Assembly (NCBI GenBank): GCA_963717065.1 | Contig: CAVQVC010000001.1 | Location: 1,873,001-1,937,000 of the forward strand | DNA: 64,000 nucleotides | Direction of reading: 5' to 3' | Source of the DNA: an uncultured Chloroflexia bacterium | GTDB taxonomy: Bacteria; Chloroflexota; Dehalococcoidia; SM23-28-2; RBG-16-64-32 | Shown here: positions 11,812 through 21,526 of the stretch, in pieces | How positions within the stretch are numbered: position 1 is the first letter of the stretch | How the letters are laid out: each line of letters opens with the position of its first letter | The notes under the pieces: generated by a model | Seen by the model: the letters and a program-made list of their open reading frames with translations, nothing else | Database searches by the model: none | What the model was told of the DNA's origin: nothing | Program-made: the position numbers and the translations under genes

Positions 11812-14305
11812 ATGGCCGAGATGGAATGGACGCGACCTTCACCCGCCGCGAAGGGACGCGAGCTCCCCGGCTGGCTGCAGTCTTTCGCGGCACGCTACCT
11901 GGACTGGGAGGACTGGCTCACCCTCGCCCTTCTTTCCGGCGCCACCCTTAGCGTTGCCGTAACACTCGAAAACGGCGGCTGGACCCGCGACATGCCTGCC
12001 ATCACTCTCGTCGCCATGCTCGCGATTGTCGCCTCCCTCTTCTTCGCCCGCTCGCGCCTCTCCATGCTGATCGCCTGGCCCTCGGCGATCGCGGTGGGAG
12101 CGCTGGTGGTCGCCTGGCAAACGCTGATCATGGTCGGCCCCGGCAGCCCTGAGCAGCGCATCGATGCCGTATACCATCGCTTCGACGCCTGGCTCGACGC
12201 CGCCTTCAACAACCTCGTCAACAACGACCCGCTGCCCCTCAACGTGCTCACCCTCGGCATCACCTGGCTCGGAGTCTTCCTCTTCGGCTGGAGCGTATTC
12301 CGCTGGAACAACGCCTGGATCGGCCTCATCCCCGGCGGCCTCGCGCTATTCCTCGACCTCGCCTACGTCGGCGACGAACTCTCCGGTGCCGTCCTCGGCT
12401 ACGTGCTCTGCGGCTTCCTCCTCATCATGCGCACCAACCTCGTCGGAAACATCACCCGCTGGCGCAGGGAGGGCGTGTCGTATCCGCCGCTCATCAGCCT
12501 CACCTTCCTGAACTTCAGCTTCTGGGCCCTGCTCCTCGTGCTAATCGGCGCCTGGGTCGCGCCCCTCGGCCCCTTCAGCACGCCGGCGCCGGTACAGCGG
12601 CTCGTCGACGAGTTCCACGAGTTCGGGGCGGGGTTCGTCCGCCTTGCCGGGCCGTTGCACGTGAAGAAAGTCGTCCCTATTCACACGTACGTCGGCGTCC
12701 TCCCCTTCCAGGGCTCCATAGACCTTGGGGAGCGTGAGGTCCTCCTTGTCAGCGTGAACGATCCCACTATCCGCGGCCCGTTCGTCCTTCGCGGCACCTC
12801 CTATGACCGTTACGCCTCCGGAGGTTGGGACACGGGCCCCCGGGACGACGCTTCCCTGTCCCCCTTCTCGCGCGGCTCGATTGAATCTCAGCTTGAGGCC
12901 GGCGAAGTGCAGGGCACGATCGTCCCGATGCATGTCGATGTCCAGGCCAAGAGCGTCGTCGGCAACGTCCTTTTCACCGTGGGGCATCCCCTCACCACGA
13001 ACCCCAAGGTAACCGCGAAAGTCCCCAGCGGCAGCCTCGATGAGGTGTACCCGGACCTTCCCGACCAGGGCCGCAACATGCCCGATTCGCAAATCATGCG
13101 CGACTACCTCGCCGACGGCCTCGTCGGCGTCACCGTGGCCCGCGACGCCACCAATGCGGTGGAATATATCGACGCTTTCGACACCAAGGACGCCCCGGTG
13201 ATGGACACCCTCATGCTCGAACCCGGCTCACGCGTGCGCAAAGGTCAGGGCTACGACATCACATCCTTCGTCCCCACCTACACACCCGAGGGACTTCGAG
13301 CCGCGAACGGCGCCTACCCTTCCTGGATAAGGCAGTACCTCCAGCTTCCCGACGGCCTCCCGAACCGCATCGGTCAGAAGGCGCGGGAAGTTGCCGACAC
13401 CTACGCCGACCACAGCCAGGCCGAGCTTACAAACTATGACGCCGCCAAAGCCATCGAGAGCTATCTCCGCGTCGAATTCCCTCTCAGCTACGACGTGCCC
13501 GAGACTCCTCCCGGCGAAGACACGGTCGATCACTTCCTGTTCGAATCGAAGAAGCGGCTACTTCGACTACCACGCGTCGGCGATGGTTGTGATGCTGCGC
13601 ACGCTCGGCATTCCCGCGCGCCTGGGCATCGGCTTCGTGATCGATGAAGGCGACCTCAACCGCGATGGCGACGCCTACATCGTCCGCGACCGCAACACGT
13701 ACGCCTGGCCCGAGGTCTACTTCCCCGACAACGGCTGGGTCACGTTCAACCCCAGCCCCGACCGCCCCGAAAACCTCAACCCGGTGGTCCGCGAGGATCT
13801 CCCCGGGAGCGACCAGATCGACCCCGACATCCTGAAGAATCTCCCCGTCGGCGCCGACCCCATCTTCGACATCCCCGGCGAGGCGTTCGGAGGCGCCGAC
13901 ACCCCCTCGTCGGCCCAGCCCTCAAGCGACAACAACAACCCCCTGTTTGCGCTGGCCGTTACGGCTGTCGTAGCGATGATCGCCGGCGCCATCTATTTCG
14001 GCTGGCAGCGCTCTGTCAACGGTCTTCCCTGGGCGCAGGCTCATTGGGAGAAGCTCGTCCGCATGTCCTCACTTGCCGGCTACCCGCCGCAGCCAGGCCA
14101 GACGCCGGTAGAGTTTGCCCGCGGGCTCCAGCGCACCCACCGCAGCCTGCGCGGCGTCTCCGTCCTCGCCGCCGCGTACTGCCGCTCCCGCTTCGCCCAC
14201 CGCGAGCCCACCGCGGAAGAGAAAAAGCGCATCAAGGACATGTGGCCCGACATGCGAGGCGCCCTACTCGGCAGGGCTGCCACCCGCTTCTTCCGCCGCC
14301 ATTAG
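11812..14305 (+). pseudogene. Polytopic membrane transglutaminase-domain protein (TgpA-like), one frameshift near 13555
   Basis: N-terminal multi-TM region. The TGase core (GYFDYHASAMVVMLRTLGIPARL...DRNTYAWPEVYF) continues in ORF 13391..14305. Third member of the MoxR/DUF58/TGase operon. Confidence 0.8.
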
Positions 14306-14343
14306 TCCGGACGAAGCGGCGAGATCCCAGTCGTCAACGCCAA

Positions 14344-16275
14344 CTAAGAACGATGCGGCAGGTACCTCAGCGGATCGACCGCGACGCCGTCGCGGTACAG
14401 TTCGAAATGCAGGTGCGTCCCCGTTGAGTGACCCGTGCAACCCAGCGCGCCCACCGGGCGCCCCTGGTCCACGTCCTGGCCTTCCTCGACGTACGTCTTC
14501 GTGAGATGCGCGTAGAGCGATCGCGATCCGTCCTTGTGCGCGATGATGACGTGGTTGCCGTACCCCTCGCTGCTGTAGCCCTCGTCGCCGCTCTCCACCT
14601 CTTCAACGCGGCCCGCGGCGACCGAAAGTACCGGCGTCCCGAACTGGGACAACCCGCCGATGTCGATGGCGTTGTGCACGTACCCCGGCCGCTGCTCTCC
14701 AAAGAACGTCGTTATCGGCCCGTAGAAGGGCCAGATGTAGCCATACTCGGAGGGGTTCGTGTATGCCCAGCGCGCGGCTTCGCTCTGCTTGAACGCCTCC
14801 GGCGGGATCGCCCGCGGTAGTAGCAGCGTCTGCCCCGGGCGGAAGTCGCCAGCGGTCTTCAGTTTGTTCCCCGGATAGGCGACGATCATTCCCACTTCTG
14901 TGCTGTATCTCGCGGCGATGTTAGCCAGCGTCTCGCCTTTGCGAGTCGTATAGACAACACCAGGGTAGCCGGGGAGCACCAGCTCATCCCCCACTCGCAG
15001 CGCATCTCCGATTCCACGCCCGGGATTACTCCACAGGATGTGGTCGGGACATATCCCGAAGGTCTTTCCGATAGACGCCAGGTCATCCCCGGACCTCACC
15101 TCGTACACTACGTACGCTGCCTGCCCCGGCTGGAAGCCGTACTGCCTGGGGTCGGGCGGCGGTGTGGGCGCCGCCGTTGGAGTAGGTGCGGGCGTCGGCT
15201 CCAGCGCTCGCTTGGGCGACAACCTCATCCGCATCATGTACTGGCGCTCCTGGTTGTCCTCCGCTCGTTCGTCCGGCGCTTCGGGCAGCACCACGGGAGG
15301 TCTGAGGTAGGCGAGTATGGCCGGCTGCATGGGTTGAGGAGCCGTCGCCGCCAGCGCGCCGGAATTGTGCGCAGTTCTAAGACCGGCCCCCGCCGCCGCC
15401 GCAAACGCCAGCCCCAGGAACAACACGTGAAGCAGATAGCGGGTTCCCCTCCCCGCTCCATGCGAGGGCAGCGCCACCTCGGGCTCAGCTTCCTCGGCGG
15501 TGCCGGAGACCTCCAGACTCTCGTTCTCGGGCTCGCCGTCTTCGATGGCGTCCGTCGCAGCGCTCACGCTGTGCATCTCCAGGACTTCCTCGGCAGACGC
15601 CGGAGCGCCCGCGACATGGGCTGTCTCCTCGTTCGTCTCCCGATCATCGACGACCGCCTCGACTTCGTCTTCCCAGTCGTCTGTCTCCGCCGCGTCCTTC
15701 GTCTCATCCAGTACCGGGTCTGACAGTTCGACCGAGAAGGTCCCGGCCGGCTCAGCGGGTTCCTCGGGGCTCTCCTCCGCCTCTGCGACCACCTCAACTT
15801 CTGTCTCCGGGTCTGGTTCCGGAGCAGCCGCCTTCAACGAGACCCCCAGCTCCCCACCGATCCCGACCAGGTCCGAGAGCAGGTCCCCTATAGCGATATC
15901 TTCAACCTCGGCAGCCAGGCTGCCCTCCTCAGTCTCCTTCTTCGCGTCCCGGAAGATGTCCAACAGGTCCAGGTCCAGCGAGTCGTCTTTCAGGGCATCC
16001 GCCACCGAAGTGGCGGCGTCGGTGGTTCCTTCACCATTCGCCGCCGGCGCGACCTCCGCCGTCGCCGGCAGATCCACGGCCAGCGCAGCCAGCGGGTCAG
16101 GCGCCCCGGCGGCCTCAATCGCCTCCTCTGGAAGCGCCTCCGGCAGCACAACCGGCTCCGGCTCGTCCAGGCGCGCCCTCATCCGCTCCATCGCACCTTC
16201 ACGCGCCTGACGAAGTGCCTTGGGGTCGCGCTGCGCCCTGCCGTTGTCGCGCTTCATGAAAAATAGCAGTCTCAT
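14344..16275 (-). CDS. Bitopic membrane protein: acidic disordered N-terminal region, one TM, Pro-rich linker, 2x LysM, M23 metallopeptidase
   Basis: 643-aa intact ORF. LysM-like repeats (YEVRSGDDLASIGKTF..., YTTRKGETLANIAARY...). M23 motifs HNAIDIGG and GxTGHSTGTHLHFELY. The start lies 7 nt downstream of the arlJ stop on the same strand. Confidence 0.9.
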   Translation of the reverse strand: MRLLFFMKRDNGRAQRDPKALRQAREGAMERMRARLDEPEPVVLPEALPEEAIEAAGAPDPLAALAVDLPATAEVAPAANGEGTTDAATSVADALKDDSLDLDLLDIFRDAKKETEEGSLAAEVEDIAIGDLLSDLVGIGGELGVSLKAAAPEPDPETEVEVVAEAEESPEEPAEPAGTFSVELSDPVLDETKDAAETDDWEDEVEAVVDDRETNEETAHVAGAPASAEEVLEMHSVSAATDAIEDGEPENESLEVSGTAEEAEPEVALPSHGAGRGTRYLLHVLFLGLAFAAAAGAGLRTAHNSGALAATAPQPMQPAILAYLRPPVVLPEAPDERAEDNQERQYMMRMRLSPKRALEPTPAPTPTAAPTPPPDPRQYGFQPGQAAYVVYEVRSGDDLASIGKTFGICPDHILWSNPGRGIGDALRVGDELVLPGYPGVVYTTRKGETLANIAARYSTEVGMIVAYPGNKLKTAGDFRPGQTLLLPRAIPPEAFKQSEAARWAYTNPSEYGYIWPFYGPITTFFGEQRPGYVHNAIDIGGLSQFGTPVLSVAAGRVEEVESGDEGYSSEGYGNHVIIAHKDGSRSLYAHLTKTYVEEGQDVDQGRPVGALGCTGHSTGTHLHFELYRDGVAVDPLRYLPHRS

Positions 16276-16282
16276 GGCGAAC

Positions 16283-17863
16283 TCACTGTGGCGGCGGCCC
16301 CGGAGTCCCGGACAGGGTGTCCGAGAACATGCTCGCCGCCACTTGCGGCACGATCAACAGGATCAGCCCGCTGCTGATCATCGTTATCGAAAGGAATAGC
16401 GCTGTCTTGTTGCGGTGCCCGCCGGAAGCGGAGCGTGCGGCGAACGCGTTCACAAACGTCAGGGACACGATAACGCCGAGTACGATGATCTTCAGAAAGG
16501 CCGTATCGAACGACTGGAACGCCAGCGCGCCGGGGATGCCGATGTCCTCCGGCCGGATGCTCGCCGTGTTCTCTGTCTGTGACAGCGCCTGCGCGTCCAG
16601 GAGCTTATCGTTGAACGCCGACACCACTTCGGTGATGAAAACAAGCGTCCCCATCAGAGCGATGTGCATGGGAATAACGACGTAGTTGAAAGTGCTCGAG
16701 ACGAGCTTCCGCTTGGCCCGCAGCAACCAGACGCGCAGCGCCATGTCGGAGGCATACTTCCCGACCTTCTCGGGCTCGCCTCCCCAATCGCAACCGTCCC
16801 AGAACGAGCGCACCACGCGGTGCACCAGTTCGCTGCCTGTATCCGCCATGAATCGCGTCCAACAAAGGCTGGTGTTCAGACCGCAGGCTACCCGCGTCAG
16901 CAGGCCTTTCAGCTCGGGCTCCAATGCTCCAATCGCCCGCTGGTCAATGTGGTGCAGGCTCTCGATGACAGTCGCCCCTCGCGCCGCCGTCACGCCGCCC
17001 AGGGAACGCAAGAAGTCCGCGATGTCCCTGTCCCTGGCGTCGATCTTCTGTTCAAGCTTGAGTGTCATGATCCCGACGGGAAGGATGATCAAGCCACCCA
17101 GCACGAACGCAACCGCCACGCCGAACACGAAGTAGGCGCCGGCGCTGACGAGTACCGCCGCCGGTAAGCACGCTTTCGCTACGAGCGATAAACGTTCTTG
17201 TTCCTCCGATCTCATCTCCATGTTGTGGACGATCGGGTCGTATGGAGCGATACGGTAGATCAGGTAAGCGCCCAAAATCGCAGCGATTACGGCCACTCCC
17301 TCGATCATCAGCAGGAAGACTGACCCCAGGTTGTAGATCATGTTCGATATCAGCGCCACCACGACGATCAGAGTGCAGGAGACCATCATCGCCACGAACG
17401 CGTCGGTCCACTTCTTGAGAGCCTCGATCGCCCGCTCGTACTCGTTCGTGTAGTCCTCCATGATCACAGCCGTCTCCCGGGCCAGGAACACGTACTCCGG
17501 CTCGCCGGAAGCCATTGAATTGCCGAAGCGCAGCAAGAACTGCCGGATCACCTCGTCCTTTGTCTTCTTCGCAACCACATGGCAGGCGTGCGAGTAGTCG
17601 TAGCCCAGGGACTGCACGAGGTTGACCACCTGCGCGAAGTACGGCGACGGCGTGTATCCCAGCTTTGAAGCGCTGTCGAAGATCTGCTCCCGGCTCAGGT
17701 TTGCCGTAGAGGTCGACGACAGGTAGGTGAGCACAGTGAGCAGGTCAAACTGGCTGTGGTCCATGTCCAGCAGCCAGCTGCTCTTGATCTCGGCCAGCGC
17801 TGGCGCACGGCCGGACGAGATCGTCTGCGCGTCGGCCTTAGAAGAGGCCTTGCTTCTTAGCAT
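16283..17863 (-). CDS. arlJ: Archaellum polytopic membrane platform protein ArlJ (FlaJ), T2SS-F-like
   Basis: About 525 aa with multiple TM helices and two cytoplasmic T2SSF-like domains. Typical FlaJ size and position after the FlaI-like ATPase. The ATG at 17863 has an AAGGTG SD and overlaps the arlI 3' end by 26 nt. The longest ORF starts at TTG 17899. Confidence 0.85.
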   Translation of the reverse strand: MLRSKASSKADAQTISSGRAPALAEIKSSWLLDMDHSQFDLLTVLTYLSSTSTANLSREQIFDSASKLGYTPSPYFAQVVNLVQSLGYDYSHACHVVAKKTKDEVIRQFLLRFGNSMASGEPEYVFLARETAVIMEDYTNEYERAIEALKKWTDAFVAMMVSCTLIVVVALISNMIYNLGSVFLLMIEGVAVIAAILGAYLIYRIAPYDPIVHNMEMRSEEQERLSLVAKACLPAAVLVSAGAYFVFGVAVAFVLGGLIILPVGIMTLKLEQKIDARDRDIADFLRSLGGVTAARGATVIESLHHIDQRAIGALEPELKGLLTRVACGLNTSLCWTRFMADTGSELVHRVVRSFWDGCDWGGEPEKVGKYASDMALRVWLLRAKRKLVSSTFNYVVIPMHIALMGTLVFITEVVSAFNDKLLDAQALSQTENTASIRPEDIGIPGALAFQSFDTAFLKIIVLGVIVSLTFVNAFAARSASGGHRNKTALFLSITMISSGLILLIVPQVAASMFSDTLSGTPGPPPQ

Positions 17864-19553
17864 TTCCAAGCACCTTGTACAGCTCGTAGAAGTTTGCAAT
17901 GCCGGACGACTTGTGCAGCTTCTCCAGCACCCGCGACCGCCGCTCGATGTCCGCGTAGATTCGGCGCCGCTGCTGCGGCGGGATCCCGCGAGCCGGCGCC
18001 ACCTTGTTCTCCAGCAGGTAGCTGTTCATGTATCCGGTGAACTCGTGCTGGTCCGTGATCGGGTCCCATTTGAACGTCTCTGCATACGAGAAGGAGTCTG
18101 TAACGGAGTCATACCCGAACAGCTCGTTCACAGAAAGAATGCGCCTTCCCAGCTTGCCGTTCGGCAGTTTCACAGCGCTGGCAATCACCACCAGGTTCAG
18201 GTTGTCGATGTAGGACTTCGGCACGCTGATCGGCGGTGCAGTCACGCGCTGGATCAGCTTTTCAACCGTCGCCGCGTGGAACGTGGCCATGCAGGCGTGT
18301 CCCGTCTGCATCGCCTGGAAAGCGATGTTTCCCTCCTCACCGCGGATCTCTCCGACGATGATTTCGTTGGGGCGTTGCCGCAGCGCTGCCTTCAAGAGGT
18401 CGAACATGGTCACGCTGGCCGCCTCACCCGCGGCTCCTCGCACCACTTCGCGCAGCCAGTTCGGGTGCGGAATCTGCACCTCCGGCGTGTCCTCTACAGT
18501 CACGACCTTGGCGTCCGGCTCGATGAACGTCGTCAGGGCGTTGAGGAGTGTCGTCTTGCCCGACGCTGTTTCCCCGGACACCCACATGTTCATCCCCTCT
18601 TCGATCATGATCGAGAGGTACGCGATCATCTGGTAGGTGCAGGCGCCACCGCTAACCACGTCCATTACGCTCAGAGGCGTGGCGCTGAACTTACGGATGG
18701 TGAAGTTGCTTCCCCGCTTCGAGACTTCTTCGCCGTAGACGATGTTCACACGCGAGCCGTCCGGCAGTGTCGCGTCGACGATCGGCTTCCGGTAGGTGAC
18801 CGGCTTGTTGATACGCTCGGAAGTCCGCCGCAAGAACGCGTCCAGGTCTTCGTTCTTGTCGAAGATGATCGTGGATTTGAGCGCCTTGAAGACCTTGTGC
18901 TCGATGAAAATCGGGCCGAGCCCCGCGCAACTGATGTCCTCGATGTTCGGGTCGAGGATCAGCGGGTCCATGATGCCAAGTCCGATCTTGTCGCGGAGCA
19001 TCAGGTATCGGACCGCCTCGATGTCGTCCTGCCCCAGAGCGATCCTTCCCTTCGCCTTCCCCCAGCTGCCGTCTGCATGACGCACGGTTCCCGGGCCCGA
19101 TACGCTCACCACCCGGTCCAGCGAGTTCAGCAAGACTTCACGCTGCTCGTCTATTGTTTGAGGCTGGTGGAACTTGTGCACGGCTCCTATCAGGAGGTCC
19201 TCGACGATCTCCATCAGAGAGTCGTAGTCGCTCAGGATCGTCGGTTCAACCGGCACGTAGTGGTTTCGGGCGTCCTTTGGGTCTGCGATGATGTGCGCGA
19301 ACGTCGCGTTGCCCACCGGATAGATGTAATTGGGGTTGTCGTTGCTTCCCATGGTTCGGTCAAGCTTTTCGACCAGTTCCGGGAACCCCATCTCGCTGCC
19401 CGCCAGGTGGTGGACATAGCGACGCACGTGGGCGTGCTCCTGCGACAGCTCGAGAAGCGCCGCCGGCAGGCTCGCGCAGATGCCGCAGGACGCCTCGATG
19501 TGCGTCAGGTCAGACCAATCGGTCTCTTCAAACGGAAGCGCAACGTATGGCAT
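17838..19553 (-). CDS. arlI: Archaellum assembly/motor ATPase ArlI (FlaI), T2SS-E/VirB11 superfamily
   Basis: 571 aa. Walker A GETASGKTT, Walker B/Asp box IIVGEIRGEE, His box ATFHA. Long FlaI-type N-terminal domain. Confidence 0.92.
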   Translation of the reverse strand: MPYVALPFEETDWSDLTHIEASCGICASLPAALLELSQEHAHVRRYVHHLAGSEMGFPELVEKLDRTMGSNDNPNYIYPVGNATFAHIIADPKDARNHYVPVEPTILSDYDSLMEIVEDLLIGAVHKFHQPQTIDEQREVLLNSLDRVVSVSGPGTVRHADGSWGKAKGRIALGQDDIEAVRYLMLRDKIGLGIMDPLILDPNIEDISCAGLGPIFIEHKVFKALKSTIIFDKNEDLDAFLRRTSERINKPVTYRKPIVDATLPDGSRVNIVYGEEVSKRGSNFTIRKFSATPLSVMDVVSGGACTYQMIAYLSIMIEEGMNMWVSGETASGKTTLLNALTTFIEPDAKVVTVEDTPEVQIPHPNWLREVVRGAAGEAASVTMFDLLKAALRQRPNEIIVGEIRGEEGNIAFQAMQTGHACMATFHAATVEKLIQRVTAPPISVPKSYIDNLNLVVIASAVKLPNGKLGRRILSVNELFGYDSVTDSFSYAETFKWDPITDQHEFTGYMNSYLLENKVAPARGIPPQQRRRIYADIERRSRVLEKLHKSSGIANFYELYKVLGNAKKQGLF

Positions 19554-19559
19554 CGTCGA

Positions 19560-20468
19560 CTACGCCTTCGTCTTCGAAATCGGGACGCTCTTCAAGCCGA
19601 TGCCGGGCTCCACTGTGAAGCTCACGGAATTGGCCACCGTCTTCACGGCCCCGCGGATCTTGGAGACCTCAAGCGTGCGCACTACCTGCTTGCCCAACTC
19701 CTCGATTCGCAGCCGCAGGTGGGCGTCTACGATCGAGTCCGCGCGCAGCCGCAGCGACTCGTTGATGGCATAGGAATGCAGCGTGACGAGGATCGTCTTC
19801 CCCAGGTTCGCCAGCTCCTTGCAGGTCGCGAGGAACGAGAGCACGTACCGGGCGTCGAACTGAAAGAGCAGCGCCGTCATCGAGTCAAAGATGATTACGT
19901 CCGGCCCGTCTGCCGCCTCGATGTACTTCAGGAGCCGTCTCATCAAGTGCTCGGCCTTCTCCTGCTCGATGCGCAGGTTGACAGGGTAAAGCGCCAGCCG
20001 TCGCACGAGGTAGTAGTCGGTGCTCTGCATCCCCAGGCTCTGCATCTGGTCCAGAAACTCCCTTACCGTCGTCTCCGAGAGGAAGGCGACGACCGTCAGC
20101 CCGCCCTTGAGGGCGTTGTAGGCGAGCTGTTCCACGACCACGCTCTTTCCCGACTCAGGGTCGCCCTCCACCAGGGTGATGGTGTCCAGGGGAAGCCCGC
20201 CGCCGAGCTTCTTATCCACATCCATCACGCCCATGGCGATCAGCCGGGGAATTTCCTCGTCTTCCTCTTCGGGCTGCTCCGGTTCGTCTTCCACCATCGG
20301 CTCCGCCGCGAACAGGGCGGCAGGGTCTACGGGCGTAACAGCAGGCAACGGTTCGGCGCCAGCTGATTCGATGTTCTCAGGCGACACCACTTTGACGGGC
20401 GCCGCCGGAGCCTGTTCGCCTTCGGCTTCAGACGTGGTCGGTTCTTCAAGCTTGACTTCTGCTTCCAT
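19560..20468 (-). CDS. arlH: Archaellum KaiC/RecA-like ATP-binding protein ArlH (FlaH) with an acidic ~75-aa N-terminal extension
   Basis: Walker A GDPESGKS and a RecA/KaiC-like fold pattern (IIFDSMTAL, LVTLH). Position between arlG and arlI. Confidence 0.85.
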   Translation of the reverse strand: MEAEVKLEEPTTSEAEGEQAPAAPVKVVSPENIESAGAEPLPAVTPVDPAALFAAEPMVEDEPEQPEEEDEEIPRLIAMGVMDVDKKLGGGLPLDTITLVEGDPESGKSVVVEQLAYNALKGGLTVVAFLSETTVREFLDQMQSLGMQSTDYYLVRRLALYPVNLRIEQEKAEHLMRRLLKYIEAADGPDVIIFDSMTALLFQFDARYVLSFLATCKELANLGKTILVTLHSYAINESLRLRADSIVDAHLRLRIEELGKQVVRTLEVSKIRGAVKTVANSVSFTVEPGIGLKSVPISKTKA

Positions 20469-20478
20469 CAGAGCCTCG

Positions 20479-20982
20479 CTAGAAGTAGACCGTGTACGCT
20501 ACGCCGGTTCCCGTGGACAGCACCAGCCACCGGTCCGGGCTGGCGACCGTTACCGGGCTCACCCGAATTCGGATCGTCATCTCCTCGCCCGTGTCGACGA
20601 TGCGTGGATTGTGGTAGTCGTTTGATATGCCGGTGATTGACCACGAGTTGTCGGGTTGCGAGGGGCTCTCGTCAAACGGCAGCCATATTTGGTGACGCTG
20701 CGAGTCCGAGCCGTCGTAGCTCACTATCAGGTCCATGTGGCTAAAGTCGGAGACCTGCGTCCTGCCCTGGTTGCGGACCTGCGCGGTGATTTCCGCACCG
20801 GATCCGTCCACGGATGTTGACACCACCGCGAGGTCAGTGCCTAACCGCTCCTCGGAGATCACTTCCATCTCTCTCCAGGAGCTGTTCACGTTATTAACGG
20901 ACGAGTTCGTCACCCCGGCGATGAGGACGCCGCCGACGATGATGATCGATGCAATGAGGAGCGCCGGTATTGTGTGTTCCAT
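20479..20982 (-). CDS. arlG: ArlG-like (FlaG) archaellum stator-type protein
   Basis: 167 aa. Single N-terminal hydrophobic helix (IPALLIASIIIVGGVLIAGV) followed by a beta-rich domain. The F versus G assignment rests only on the euryarchaeal gene order. Confidence 0.6.
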   Translation of the reverse strand: MEHTIPALLIASIIIVGGVLIAGVTNSSVNNVNSSWREMEVISEERLGTDLAVVSTSVDGSGAEITAQVRNQGRTQVSDFSHMDLIVSYDGSDSQRHQIWLPFDESPSQPDNSWSITGISNDYHNPRIVDTGEEMTIRIRVSPVTVASPDRWLVLSTGTGVAYTVYF

Positions 20983-20984
20983 GG

Positions 20985-21491
20985 CTAAGACACGCTGAAA
21001 GTCTTGCTGGCCGTTATCCCATTCGGCAGCACGATCGTGACGATGTACTCGGAACCGGAGGCCAGGTCATAGTCGAGATAAAGGGACAGCCGCACCGTGG
21101 CAAAAGGTGACCACTCCGTTGCATTTTCGATTTGGTACTGCCAGCACGGCGTCGCGCGGGGCGGGGATGGGGGCGTGACACAGTCGACCGTGTCGTCGTA
21201 GGGTACCCGCTCGAAATTGGCGGTCGGCCCGAAGAAGACGTCGAGTTTGTCGATCTGGGAGATGTCGGCAGCGCCGACGTTCTTCGCCCAGATGTCCACC
21301 TGGTCGTTGCCGTCGACCCCTGTCGCCTCGATGACCTTTACATCGCTGCGGAGGCGGGTACCGACGACATCGCTTGCGGCGACTATGTCGCTGCTTGTTC
21401 GCTGCACGCTGGGCAGAACAGAGTTAATCACGACAACCGTCGAAACGATTGCCGCGATCATCAGCAGCATGGACGTTATTACTTTGTCCAC
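20985..21491 (-). CDS. arlF: ArlF-like (FlaF) archaellum stator-type protein
   Basis: 168 aa. GTG start with a GGGGG SD. N-terminal helix (ITSMLLMIAAIVSTVVVI) followed by a beta-rich domain. 2-nt gap to the next gene. Confidence 0.6.
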   Translation of the reverse strand: MDKVITSMLLMIAAIVSTVVVINSVLPSVQRTSSDIVAASDVVGTRLRSDVKVIEATGVDGNDQVDIWAKNVGAADISQIDKLDVFFGPTANFERVPYDDTVDCVTPPSPPRATPCWQYQIENATEWSPFATVRLSLYLDYDLASGSEYIVTIVLPNGITASKTFSVS

Positions 21492-21526
21492 GGTCTACCC
21501 CCGGCAGTGGATGAATGCGTTGGATG

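Noticed and set aside
9523-14305. MoxR-DUF58-transglutaminase operon considered as part of the novel system
   Set aside because: This three-gene arrangement is widespread and already well catalogued in bacteria. It is on the opposite strand from the archaellum block, converging on it, with no evident link.
17727-20366. 879-aa ORF on the plus strand spanning the arlI/arlH region
   Set aside because: It is antisense to two strongly supported genes. Its translation is an R/V/H/D/L-rich string with no motifs. Long stop-free antisense frames are expected in high-GC coding DNA.
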